The notes under the pieces are model-generated. The model was not told where the DNA came from. It saw nothing but the letters and a program-made list of their open reading frames with translations, and ran no database searches. A DNA stretch of 64,000 nucleotides, taken from Macrostomum lignano (lineage: Eukaryota). Location of the stretch: NCBI GenBank assembly GCA_002269645.1, contig NIVC01002144.1, positions 1 to 64,000 on the forward strand, read 5' to 3'. The position numbers were made by a program, and so were the translations under genes. Below, in pieces: positions 1 through 10,261 of this stretch. The stretch's first letter is position 1; every line of letters begins with the position of its first letter.

Positions 1-117
1 GCAGTATCTCGAAGTTCGTCTTGACTCCTTTGACAACTGTTCGCTAAGAGCACAAATTAAGCTAAACGTGCGCATGATTCGGGTGCAGGCAGCAGAAGCA
101 GTCAATGTTGAAAACAA

Positions 118-3100
118 ATGGATGAGTACAAATCTTTGTATGCTGTTGATGTGCAGGAATTTGATGACTGGTGGAGGCAGCAATTTGCAGAGTTAGAGCA
201 GAGAGTAGACGTGTACAACGCTAATGGCAGTGGATGGGCCATTGACAAAATAAATTTCTTCGACCTTTGCTCTGCCCTCGCTGTTCGAACTCCCTACTAT
301 TCGGGGCATGCGGCTGGGTTTAGTTTGCCGACTGCGCTTTTTCAAAAGAAGGCCGTCATTTCTCCTCCTAGCAGCGGTGAAAATTGCTTTGTTTACGCGT
401 GCCTTGCCTTTCTTCACAAAGATCACTGCCGTATTAAGAAGTCAGCTCAACGAGAATCCTCGTACACCGAATGGCTAGATGAGATTAACATTACGGGACT
501 GAGTCTGCCGATCAATTTGTACGATCTGTCTGCTGTCGAGGAATTAAATCCAACCCTTTGCTTCACTGTTTTCACCTGGGAGAATGAAGCTGCTGAAGTC
601 CTCCGACAGCCAAGCGCAGCTACCATGAGAGGACGAACAGTTGTCCTGCTGATGTTTCTTCCACCATCCACGAACGAGAACTCAGCTGGTGGTCATTGGT
701 GTGCTGTCTCGAACATCAACAGATTGCTGAACAGTAAAGCCCACCTGTACCAGCGAAAGTGGTGTGAGCGATGTCTGCTGTCATTTCACACTAGCAAGGC
801 GTTCGATGAGCACTGTGAAGATATCTGTGAGCCTGGTGGGATTTTTGTTCAGGAAGAACTTCCGGATGAAGATCACAATGTACTTCGGTTTACGGCGTGG
901 GAAAAGACAATCAGCCCACCATTCATTGTGTACGCCGACTTCGAGGCATTGAATGCACCTCACACAGGGCAGCAGACTGAAGCTGGTTCGAGCACTGTAA
1001 AGCTGACAGAGCATGTTGCCGTTGCTGCTGGTTACTTGGTGGTGCACCGAGCAGGCCTCACAGGGTTATCACCTATAGGAGTCGACAATGATGTTAACAT
1101 ATTTGTGAGTGAAAATCCGAAAAAGTGTGTTTCTGACTTCTTGCAGTCCCTTGAACAGCTAGCTCGAGAGGTTTATGGCTGGAACACGGAGTTCAGTCAT
1201 CAGACGGCTATTAGAACGGAGGCTGCAAAGCAACGCTTCCGCGACGCTATATCGTGTCACTACTGCGGAAGCGGCTTTGATAGTGAAAGCGGAAAGCACT
1301 GGGATCATGATCACCTCAGTGGCGAATTCCGAGGTGCAGCCTGTGCTCAGTGCAACATGCAGGCTCGTCTAAAAAGGCGCTTTCTTCCTGTGGTTTTCCA
1401 CAATCTAAAAGGCTATGACCTTCATCTCATTATGTCAACGGCTTTGGATCTCATGGATGGATGGAGGATTTCGGTTATTCCACAGAATCCTGAGCAGTTT
1501 GTTTCAATGAAAGTTGACTTCAAAATCGATGAGTACGAGAGGGGAGGAAAGACTAAGCCATTGTTCTTTACCATTCAATTCATTGATTCTAACCAATTTC
1601 TCAACGCCAGCTTGGCTCAGCTGATCAAGAACCTGCCAGAAGAAGAGTGCACCATCACTAGCCTGCTAAAAAGTAAGTTTCCACTGTTGTCTCCAGAAGT
1701 TTTATTCAGAAAATGCACTTTTCCGTACGACTACTTAACTAATTCAAATGTCCTTGAGGATACCGAGCTGCCAAGTAAAGAACAATTCTACAACGTTCTG
1801 ACTAAAAGCCACTGCAGTGATGAGGATTACAGGCATGCACAGAAAGCATGGCATGAATTCCAAGTTAAAACGCTGAAAGAGTACATGCTATGCTACCTTG
1901 AGCTTGACATTCGGCAGCTCGCCGATGTCTTTGAAAATTTTCGCAAGCTCAGCCTTCGTGATGATGGCCTTGATCCGGTGCATTTCGTTTCAACCCCGGG
2001 ATTATCTTTTGCTTCAGCACTGAAGTCTCTCAAATCCAGAATCGAGCTGATTACGGATTCGCAAATGTATGCAACATTCGAGCGCGGTATTCGCGGTGGC
2101 ATGTCATTTGTGAACATACACAGAGTGTCAGCCAACTCTCCAGATATTAGAAAAAATTTGGAAGCAGCTGACAATCAGACTATCTGCAATGACAATGATG
2201 ATGATGATGATGACTGTCACGACGAGGGCGCTGATCAAGCTGTTCCTACCGAGCTTCTAGCAGTAGATGCTAACAACCTTTACGGTCAAGCTCTTACCAT
2301 GAACTTACCTGCAAATGGATTTCGCTGGCTTTCCGAAGATGAGCTACAGCTGTGGACCGAGGATCGTATCCGAGGGCTCAAAATCTCAGATCCAATTGCT
2401 TATCTGCTCGATGTCGATCTTCTATATCCAGCAGAGATACATTCCACCACTGAAGATTTGCCTTTTGCACCAGAAAAAGAAGCACCAAAATTCAAAGAAT
2501 TTCCTGCCTACATGCAACAGCTTTGGAGGCAGATTACTGGAGACAAAGCAGCCTATCGTTCGGCAGAAAAACTTCTGCTCACCTGCCATGACAAGCAGAG
2601 TTATGTGCTTCATTCGGCTATCTTGGCATTCTACTTGAGCCATGGAATGAAAATCAAACGAATTAATCGAATGATTGAGTACAAACAGGAGCCGATATTT
2701 GCTGACTATGTTAACATGAACAGCGTGAAAAGAGCTGCTGCGACAAACAGCTTCGAGAAAGACTACTACAAACTAAAAAACAATGCGCTCTTCGGAAAAA
2801 CAATGGAAAACGTGCGTAAGCGACGTGACATTCGGATTTGCACCAACACTGCAAAAGCAAAGGTGCTGGCTTCAAAACCATCCATTAAGAACTTTATCAT
2901 AATTACCGACTCACTGAGCATAATTGAATTCCAGAAGACTAAGGTCAAGCTTGATCGTCCGATTTTTATTGGCCAGTGTGTTCTTGACTATTCGAAGCTA
3001 ATCATGTACGAGTTATTCTACGACAAATTGAAGCCTTGGCTTGAGCAAGAGGGTGCCCGTGTTCGGCTCTGTGGTGGAGACACCGACTCGCTCTTTCTTT

Positions 3101-3647
3101 GCATTCAGAATATGGATGTGCAGTCGGAAGTTCTTCCACTGCTAAAAGCAAAGAAACTCCTTGACACTTCCAACTATTCACCTGAGCACCCGCTGTTCTC
3201 AAATGAATTGAAAGCTCGCCTCGGTTGCATCAAGGACGAAGGAGCTGGAGCTCGCTATCTCGAATGGTTGCTTTTGAGACCAAAGCTGTATTCCTTTCTC
3301 GCTAGCACTGCAACTGCTGAAAAGAAAAAAGCCAAAGGCATTCAAGGATGTGTTGTCAAGAAGGAGATTGCGCATAGTGATTACTTGAGAGTCTTCAATG
3401 ATCTGAGTAGCATGTCCGTCATCATCCACAGGATCGCTAGCATCCAACACAGGCTATTCACGCTGCAGCAGCGAAAGTGTGCCTTAAGCATTTGGAGGAC
3501 AAGCGCGCTTGGCTGGCACCGAACTACAGTCTCCCGTTTGGCCATTTCCAACTTCTTCATCCGGAGTCGTCGCAGCTGCAACAGCACGTGAATGCTACAG
3601 CCTCCCGAAAGCGGCGCCGGGAAGAAGACCACGAATTTAATAAGTGA
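118..3647 (+). CDS. polB: Protein-primed family B DNA polymerase, with apparent frameshifts near 130-140 and near 3495
   Basis: Exo motifs YADFE and FHNLKGYD; Pol motifs AVDANNLYG, KLKNNALFGKT and GGDTDS; endonuclease VII-like insert (CHYC...HWDHDH...ACAQCN); N-terminal GSGW and protease-like ENCF...GHW. The conserved tail EDKRAWLAPNYSLPFGH is in the -1 frame from 3495 to TGA at 3645-3647. Frame 2 is open from base 2 to about 140, so the N-terminus probably runs off the window. Confidence 0.95.
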
Positions 3648-4376
3648 CTGAGTATAACTTTTTATCACACGGCCTCTACACATTTTATTCTGAATATTTA
3701 GTCTTTGGTTTCTTCAAACATATACTCGCCTTTATCCGTTTAAATTATATGCTGTCTCAATTTTGCTATCTCAGATAGAAGAAGTTGCAGCAATTTGCCT
3801 CCCCTGTTTCACCGTAATTTTAGTGTCTTTTTGAACTTTTTGTCTGAAGTCTTAATGCTAGCTATTAATTTATTAGTAATTTTATTTCAGTACCTTGTAA
3901 CTGCACGATTTCTACTCGTAATATTAAATTGCAAAGTCAGTAAATTTAATGTATTGAAATTTTTATTGCTGAGTTTTATGTTCATTTATTAATTTTTTAA
4001 CATGATGCTAAAACATTTCTTTGCATTGCTTTTGTTGAAATTTCTTGCCTATACTAGTAATTTTGCGGTCCAGTTACATGTATGAGTGTCAGTCGAGTTT
4101 GATTAATTAATTTCTTCATTCACGTGTATCAATCTAAGCAATTTCGCTTTTGGCAGAACCTTTTTGGAATGGGTTCTATGCCCTTTTTCTGTTTTTGTGA
4201 GGGGAGAGATCTGATTACGCGTTTTAGCTCCCAGTTTTCAATTATTCTATGCTCATTTCACCTTTAATTTTTTAGTTAAAACTTATTTTTTAAAATAAAA
4301 ATAAATAATTTAAAGATGCGGTTTTCCGTAATGAATTTACGCAAACATTCAAGAACAAACGGAACACACTTTTTGT

Positions 4377-4967
4377 TTATTTTTGATAGGTGATAAACTG
4401 GCTGATTAAACTATGTAACGTAGAAAGGTCGAAGCGCAACATGCTCATAGATTTTGCTCCACTAAGAACAAAAGAACCAGTATGAAATAACAAGCATTTA
4501 CAATAACGTAATGTATAAATTAGAGCAGAGAACGACTCGGGCTCATACTCAGCGTAAGACAGTATGCCAGAGGCAGCAAGATTTGTGAGGGACAAAGCAT
4601 TGCAGAAGTTAAATTTACCATGAGCAGTAATAGTTTTAATCCGAACACAAATGGCTTGAGGAGGCAGCAGTTGAGCTGGCACTCTCCGATGCAGCATAGC
4701 CACGAAGCGACGGGCAGCCCTTTTGGCGTCTGCGTGGGTCTTGGCACCGCAGATGCTCAGTTGCCCAGTAGGGTAGAGTAGCAGAGTCACTCTGGGACTT
4801 CGCATCCGCTTGATGAGCACCCGGGGCCAGACGGGCCGGTAGATCACATGAGCCATGCTGAGAGCCAGTTCCCGTAGAGGTAGCTGAGCGCCCCTGCCAC
4901 CATCCAGCCTCAGATCTACTCCGCCAACCAGATTGCTCACTCTTAGGGCTGTAGCTGGTGGGCTCAT
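4377..4967 (-). CDS. TBP-like: Divergent TATA-box binding protein homologue (196 aa from ATG 4967), Polinton-encoded
   Basis: Two TBP repeats: VSNLVG...YRPVWPRVLIKRMRSPRVTLLLYPTGQLSICGAKT and YEPESFSALIY...LLFHTGSFVLSGAKS. These align by eye with the TBP core (NIVS...[35 protein letters not shown] and YEPELFPGLIY...LLIFVSGKVVLTGAK). Confidence 0.9.
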   Translation of the reverse strand: MSPPATALRVSNLVGGVDLRLDGGRGAQLPLRELALSMAHVIYRPVWPRVLIKRMRSPRVTLLLYPTGQLSICGAKTHADAKRAARRFVAMLHRRVPAQLLPPQAICVRIKTITAHGKFNFCNALSLTNLAASGILSYAEYEPESFSALIYTLRYCKCLLFHTGSFVLSGAKSMSMLRFDLSTLHSLISQFITYQK

Positions 4968-5487
4968 TTCGATCGTCAACTTCTTCACCAAATCTGCTTC
5001 TGCCAACTTTACTGCTCGTGTGCCACGGACACTGCTCGCTTCTTAAGTTGATGCAGAACTTTGGCTTAAGCCAACTGTAGTGCAGCAACGAATTTCTCAC
5101 TGCACAGCCAGTATCTGAATCTTCAGTCGAGGGTGCTCCCAAATCTTCTAGGTTATAAACCTGTCTACCAAGCAGCTCAGTCAGGAAAATAGACTTCCTT
5201 TCCCCATTTGTCCAGATCGGACCACTGGCAATCCTCAGAATGTCTTCCGCCAGTTCCATGTACGGACGGGTTCCATCATTCCACTTAAACTGGTGCAGAC
5301 TCTTTGATAGCTGTCTGTAGCAAACTCGCATGTCAGGTGAGACTCTCTCCCATGGATACGGAGGTGCGTACACATGGTGAGCAATTCGGTAGCTTCCCGC
5401 TCTGACTTGAACAACTGCCAACTCCTTCACAACAAATTTTTTGCTTGTGCTGTTGCACGGGAATCCTTGGAAGTCAATGTAGTTCAT
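4636..5487 (-). CDS. Maverick-associated DEDD/DnaQ-fold-like protein; the C-terminal ~130 aa overlap the TBP ORF and may be artefactual
   Basis: N-terminal IDFQGF...KELA...PPYPW...LHQFKWNDG...NGERKSIFL...YNLEDLGAP...CAVRN pattern resembles DnaQ-like accessory ORFs I recall from insect and other invertebrate Mavericks. Confidence 0.6.
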   Translation of the reverse strand: MNYIDFQGFPCNSTSKKFVVKELAVVQVRAGSYRIAHHVYAPPYPWERVSPDMRVCYRQLSKSLHQFKWNDGTRPYMELAEDILRIASGPIWTNGERKSIFLTELLGRQVYNLEDLGAPSTEDSDTGCAVRNSLLHYSWLKPKFCINLRSEQCPWHTSSKVGRSRFGEEVDDRNEPTSYSPKSEQSGWRSRSEAGWWQGRSATSTGTGSQHGSCDLPARLAPGAHQADAKSQSDSATLPYWATEHLRCQDPRRRQKGCPSLRGYAASESASSTAASSSHLCSD

Positions 5488-5515
5488 GATGCAGCTTTCC
5501 CTCGAAATTTCGGAG

Positions 5516-6208
5516 TCAGTCCACCTTCTTATATACTTTTCTGCCAGGCAGTTTCAGCCAGGCTGTGTTGCTCCCGTACCCCTTGACTAGACTCGCCTGT
5601 TCTTTCTCCAGTTCACCCCCTCTGCTGGTTGCCATTTTCTTCTTAACTGATTTACCAACAGCAGAAAGCGGAACATTAAGCTTTTTCTGCTGCAGCAAAT
5701 CGATGAACTCGTTCCACCCAACTGGTTCACGCTCACATGACGAATCCCTCACTGCGTGCTGAATCAAGTCCAGTATGTTTGAGGAAGGGATTGACGTGCC
5801 TGCGATTTCCACCTCTCCGTTTTCACAAACTCCAATCAGCTCTGGATTGGTGGACAGGATCGTCCATAGACTGCGAGCCCTGGTTTTGAATTTCTGTGGC
5901 ACCGACTTGCTGATCTTCTCTTCCCAGGTGTTCATCTGGGGTGTCTCTGTTTTCATCAACTTGGCTTCAGTATTTCGTGATCCTTCTTTTCCAGCGTGCT
6001 TGCGCTTGGCCAGCAAACTTTGCATTGCACTTTGATACATGGCGGTTTTCACATCTTCTGGATAATCCTCGGCATACAAGATATCATCGCATTTCTTCTG
6101 AGCCTGCTTCAAGTCAGCGTCAGTGCTAGTCTCATTTGGCTTCAAATTCTGCACTAACATCTCATACTCTGCTTTAGAAATCAGAACCATTTCTGAAAAT
6201 TTGTTCAT
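5516..6208 (-). CDS. Conserved Maverick PZ protein
   Basis: Motifs MVLISKAEY, ILYAED..E.VKTAMYQ, VPQKFKTRARSL, NGEVEIAGTSIPSSNILDL, PVGWNEFIDLL, NVPLSAVG; lies next to the ATPase as in Mavericks. Confidence 0.8.
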   Translation of the reverse strand: MNKFSEMVLISKAEYEMLVQNLKPNETSTDADLKQAQKKCDDILYAEDYPEDVKTAMYQSAMQSLLAKRKHAGKEGSRNTEAKLMKTETPQMNTWEEKISKSVPQKFKTRARSLWTILSTNPELIGVCENGEVEIAGTSIPSSNILDLIQHAVRDSSCEREPVGWNEFIDLLQQKKLNVPLSAVGKSVKKKMATSRGGELEKEQASLVKGYGSNTAWLKLPGRKVYKKVD

Positions 6209-6512
6209 TTTGCTTCTTTTTCTTTACCAGCTTAAGCAGAATCGGGAGTATTTTGATGAAGCCAGCCTTTAACAAGTCTATCTTTCTTCTCTGCTGAGTA
6301 ATTTTTCGAATTATCTCTTTTGACTTTGCAAGAACAGCTTTTTCATCGATCGAAAACGATAAATTGTTTTGTAAGAGATTATGACAGGCCTCAACAAGAA
6401 AATAACGCACTTCTTTTGGACAATTTTTTATCAACAGCTGCTTGAAGCGCACGGTATATTTAGGTGACGCAAGAACCGCAAAAAGACTTGCATGTGAATC
6501 AAGCACTTCCAT
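6174..6512 (-). CDS. Small conserved Maverick protein with a C-terminal amphipathic cationic helix (cupiennin-like virion protein)
   Basis: EACHNLLQNN...K..LAKSKEIIRKI pattern, then LKAG|FIKILPILLKLVKKKK, which resembles an adenain cleavage site followed by an amphipathic helix. Confidence 0.7.
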   Translation of the reverse strand: MEVLDSHASLFAVLASPKYTVRFKQLLIKNCPKEVRYFLVEACHNLLQNNLSFSIDEKAVLAKSKEIIRKITQQRRKIDLLKAGFIKILPILLKLVKKKKQNEQIFRNGSDF

Positions 6513-6554
6513 AGCGATGAAAACAATAGCCGATAAAAAACAAGCTTCACTTTC

Positions 6555-7202
6555 TTAAGCAAATACAAGATGGGGTCGCTGGTTGGGCAAAATTCTGGCC
6601 CGCACTCGCAGCTCATCGGGAGTTGATGGGTGAAAGTCTAGGAACAGGTAGGCTCCCCTGTTCTGCGCGGTCACGTGCTTGAACACTGACAGCAGAAAGC
6701 CGGGCTTCTCTGTAAAGCACTGCCTGCCCAGTGCTGCAATCTGCAGCTGGTCTCGGGGGTTTTTCAAGATAGCTAAGTACATTACATTCAAGCTCATTGT
6801 TCGCGACTCTTTTCCCTTGAAAAATATATTCTGAGTCAGCATCACCAAAAAGCACGGCAAGTGATGTGCGATTCCTGTGAAAAAATTTCGCATTGAAGCA
6901 GAATTTGAAGTTTCCTCTATTAAGTCATCGAAAACAACCAGGTCATTGGGCCTAAGTGCTGCCTCGATGTTGGTGGGGAATCCCTGGCGCAGCTGCACAC
7001 CTAGGCTGCTCAGTTCTGCATGGCCTGCCTGTGAGATCCCATAGTACCACAGAACTCTGCCAGGCTTCACATCAAACATGACGTCTCTGTACTGGATCAG
7101 GTGTTTGACAAAGGTTGTTTTTCCTGCATTGGTGGGCCCGCAGACAATCATGCAGCTTCCCTGCCTGAGGCGGATATCGTAGCAAACTCGCTTTTCTCCC
7201 AT
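6555..7202 (-). CDS. FtsK/A32-like genome packaging ATPase
   Basis: Walker A GPTNAGKTT, Walker B LVVFDDL, LTQN and SLNVMY...KNPRD motifs. Confidence 0.95.
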   Translation of the reverse strand: MGEKRVCYDIRLRQGSCMIVCGPTNAGKTTFVKHLIQYRDVMFDVKPGRVLWYYGISQAGHAELSSLGVQLRQGFPTNIEAALRPNDLVVFDDLIEETSNSASMRNFFTGIAHHLPCFLVMLTQNIFFKGKESRTMSLNVMYLAILKNPRDQLQIAALGRQCFTEKPGFLLSVFKHVTAQNRGAYLFLDFHPSTPDELRVRARILPNQRPHLVFA

Positions 7203-7231
7203 GTCTAATGCATAAATATAGTTCTAGAAAA

Positions 7232-7741
7232 TCACGGACATCTTTTTCTTAAGTTGGCTTCAAACCTCTGTAAGATTCTATCATTCAAATGATTTTTTTC
7301 ATTAGAGTGCAAACTCTTTAAAATACCCTCAAATGACCGATTGATCAGCAACTTTTGATAAGCAAAATAGATGCAAAACACTCCGCATTTATTAGAGTTA
7401 GCACATTGAAATCTGTTTATATTGCTTCGGAGATAAAAGCCAGTTGTTTTAATCTCTCGAAACAAATTATAAACCACAGATAAAATTTCAGGTTCCCAGC
7501 CGAGGGAGTTGAACAGCTCAATGCAATTTCCTTGCCCAGCATAGCACACCACCCAATGACCAAATGAGCCATTGTGCTGTAGTAGGATAAACACAAACTT
7601 GTTTTCAAAGGGAATTGATCGATATTTTCTTTTTAGACTCAAAGACAATACATTTTTATAGCGTGAATGTAAAGTAATGATGAAGAATTTTCGGCAAGAC
7701 AAAAATTTTCTGGCGAGATGGAGTAGTTGAATTGCTTCCAT
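7232..7741 (-). CDS. Adenain-type cysteine maturation protease
   Basis: GHW, FNSLG and Q...S.KCGVFC motifs; the catalytic His and Cys and the oxyanion Gln are present, with Asn at the usual Asp position. Confidence 0.9.
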   Translation of the reverse strand: MEAIQLLHLARKFLSCRKFFIITLHSRYKNVLSLSLKRKYRSIPFENKFVFILLQHNGSFGHWVVCYAGQGNCIELFNSLGWEPEILSVVYNLFREIKTTGFYLRSNINRFQCANSNKCGVFCIYFAYQKLLINRSFEGILKSLHSNEKNHLNDRILQRFEANLRKRCP

Positions 7742-7746
7742 GCCAG

Positions 7747-9030
7747 TTAAGAGGAATAGTCCAGCAAAAGCTCCCGGTGCTTGGTGACCTCAATCAGCGA
7801 GTCATACAGGCACAGAGCGATCAGGGACACCGTTTCGTCCAGAGCCTGTCGGAAGCGAATCTCCAACCGCAGGTTGCCCTCCTTCTGTCCGTACCACAGA
7901 GCCGCTCCCTCTGGTGTGAGATCGAATGCAAACACCGTGCTGTTGTTGGAGAAGAGCTGGTAAGGGATCCACGGAACCGAGTTCGTGTGGCTTGCAGATT
8001 GACAGCTTTTCAGGTAGTGTAAGTATTCTCTTACAAAGGAATTGTTTTCAGGTGTGAAGGCACCGTGGCACACGGTTTCCCCACCTTTCTTTAGAGCCAA
8101 CCGGCTAAGGTTGAAGCTCTGGAACTGGAACGGGCTCGCGTGATGATGACCGTTGAATGCACGGTGGCTCACGAAGGCCAGCATGATGAACTTCGGCAAT
8201 TTTCCATGAGTGAATCCTTCAATGTTTTTAGATTGAATGCCCTGGGGTAGGATGAAGTTCTGCATTTCAGTTCGCTCGATGGGATACAGTGCATTTTGGT
8301 TTGTCAACCCCTGCTCGTGGGCCAGGCTGATGTGGGGCACCACTTTGACTCGGCGAAGATGCAAAATGCAGTGAGAGATTTCCATGCGGTATGCCGCGTT
8401 GTTTGCATTCGGGCTTCTGATGGCAAAGGCCCCATCGCTGGGCACCAGTTTGATGTGCAAGTGCAGATTGTTTAGCAGAAACACTGGGCATTGGAAAACA
8501 TCGCTGAAGAGCGGTCCCGCATACTCCATCCATCGGGATTCCCTGTGGCTCTCCGTGTGCTCTTCAGCTGCCGAGTTCGGCTCCAGGAAGCCAGCAGGGT
8601 AAAGTTTTAGTTGCTGGGCATCAGATGAGCTCATTAGTGCTTTGAAGTACGCATGGTAGGGATAGAGCTGGTCTCCACCAGATACCACTCGCTGGTTAAT
8701 GCTCACAATTACATCTGAGAAGGCTGTAGACAAAACAAAGTTTTCTGGGTGCACGTCACTGTCTCTGCGCTCGGTGATGATGCCATCTCCATCTCGAACA
8801 TCCTCCCTCAGCAAACCCCCATCCAGTCTCACAAGGCGGCAGCGAATATAAAGAAAAGAATTAAGCAAATCAGTGTATTCATCGGCAGATTGGTGGCAGT
8901 CAAATTCAATGGGGGAGTTTGCAGTAATGGAATTTACTGGGTGAATATCAACATAAGTAGCTTTTTCAATGCAGGTTTGTAGAACAGGCGTCTTAAATAA
9001 ATCAAGTCTGGGATTGAATCCGTAAGCCAT
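7747..9030 (-). CDS. Double jelly-roll major capsid protein (PY/hexon), 427 aa, intact ORF
   Basis: LDLFKTP..QT.IE...YVDIHP...PIEF...YTDLLNSFL N-terminus; G.LPK...AFV...AFNG...SPF.FQ.FNL; FAFDLTP...GNLRLEIRF C-terminus. Confidence 0.93.
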   Translation of the reverse strand: MAYGFNPRLDLFKTPVLQTCIEKATYVDIHPVNSITANSPIEFDCHQSADEYTDLLNSFLYIRCRLVRLDGGLLREDVRDGDGIITERRDSDVHPENFVLSTAFSDVIVSINQRVVSGGDQLYPYHAYFKALMSSSDAQQLKLYPAGFLEPNSAAEEHTESHRESRWMEYAGPLFSDVFQCPVFLLNNLHLHIKLVPSDGAFAIRSPNANNAAYRMEISHCILHLRRVKVVPHISLAHEQGLTNQNALYPIERTEMQNFILPQGIQSKNIEGFTHGKLPKFIMLAFVSHRAFNGHHHASPFQFQSFNLSRLALKKGGETVCHGAFTPENNSFVREYLHYLKSCQSASHTNSVPWIPYQLFSNNSTVFAFDLTPEGAALWYGQKEGNLRLEIRFRQALDETVSLIALCLYDSLIEVTKHRELLLDYSS

Positions 9031-9032
9031 GT

Positions 9033-9326
9033 CTATGACAGAGAGTCGAGCACGCGTTTCACAGTTTTCTTGCTGACTTTTCGCTTTCGCTTTCCTCCGC
9101 CTGCTGCATTCTTCTTTGCTTTCGTCTTCCTATTCTTAAGCTTTTTCTTACTAGCCTTGCTCGGATTTCTTTCATTGCACCTCTTATTGGTGCGATCTCT
9201 ACCAGTTGCCTTTCGGGTGTACTTCTTCTTCAATCGTTTCGGACTTGCTTCAGTATTTCTTTTCCGCCTGACATTGCTATGCGTTGAGAATGATGATGTA
9301 GCCGCTGGAGGAGGCTGGTATGTCAT
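9033..9326 (-). CDS. Lys/Arg-rich basic core/DNA-condensing protein (PW/pVII-like); start uncertain
   Basis: Highly basic ORF between mCP and MCP. An alternative ATG at 9418 hits TGA after 12 codons, so the 5' part may be disrupted. Confidence 0.6.
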   Translation of the reverse strand: MTYQPPPAATSSFSTHSNVRRKRNTEASPKRLKKKYTRKATGRDRTNKRCNERNPSKASKKKLKNRKTKAKKNAAGGGKRKRKVSKKTVKRVLDSLS

Positions 9327-9414
9327 GATCCCCGGAAAGCTCCCACAGCCATAGAGTGCAGGCTTTTCGTGTCCTGTCCTCACCCCGAATATTGCTGGAT
9401 CAGCTGCTGGTAGT

Positions 9415-10242
9415 TCATTGAATGCGTTTCTCTCGAATCTGAACTGTGAGCAGAACAGGGCTGAGTGTCTGGGCAATCAGTGGGCAACCATAGATGTCAC
9501 GCAGCTGAACTCGAATGCTGTGAAGAAGACTGATTCGTTGAATCGGGAAGAATATTGTTTTCTTAAATATTTTTGTTTGATAGTTGCCCCATTCAATGCC
9601 GGCTTTCATTCCAACTGTTCTCAACAGGGAGCCCAAGTTGCAATTAGTTGACTCAACGACACTGCAGTGTACATTGATTAAGCTGGTGCGCGGACAGCCA
9701 ATGCAATGCTCGGACACGCGGCTCCCTGGCTGGATTTTCACAGCCTGGTTTCCAAATCCCAGCCAATGCAGAATTTTGCTAGATGGAAGAAACAGCTCTG
9801 CTCTCGCAGTGTTGTTGTGCACCACAGTTCGTGAGTTGCGGATTTCGAACTTCATACCAAATTCCCTGTTGCCACTACGCCCCATCAGGCCGGACTCATC
9901 AGCCTCCATCTCAGACTCCCTGTCACTCATCGCATCAAAGAACAGCGAATCAGAGTTGGCCAGCAGCTGATTCAAACGCTCCACCAGCTCCTCCACTCTA
10001 GCAAAGCGTCCGGGTTGAAGAACCAGGGCCTCATGCTCTCTTCCATCTGAGACAGTGAAGCAGTAAGGCTCGTCAACATTGAACCATGCAGCAGGCAGAT
10101 GGATTTCAGCCAGACCTGCCTCATAGTCCACATTTCGATCCAAGTAAATAGGTGAAGGCAGGTAAAAATTAAAGTCACTAGGAGTACCTTCAGCATGCTC
10201 ACTGTTAATCAAAATAGTTCGCATTATAATTTTAAACCTCAT
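9415..10242 (-). CDS. Single jelly-roll minor capsid protein (PX/penton); ATG at 10242 or 10224
   Basis: ILINS....TPSDF.FYLP.PI.L....YEAGLAEIHLP.AWFN N-terminus and I.VQLRD.YG C-terminus. Confidence 0.88.
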   Translation of the reverse strand: MRFKIIMRTILINSEHAEGTPSDFNFYLPSPIYLDRNVDYEAGLAEIHLPAAWFNVDEPYCFTVSDGREHEALVLQPGRFARVEELVERLNQLLANSDSLFFDAMSDRESEMEADESGLMGRSGNREFGMKFEIRNSRTVVHNNTARAELFLPSSKILHWLGFGNQAVKIQPGSRVSEHCIGCPRTSLINVHCSVVESTNCNLGSLLRTVGMKAGIEWGNYQTKIFKKTIFFPIQRISLLHSIRVQLRDIYGCPLIAQTLSPVLLTVQIREKRIQ

Positions 10243-10261
10243 GAGAAGAGATGCGCAAAAG

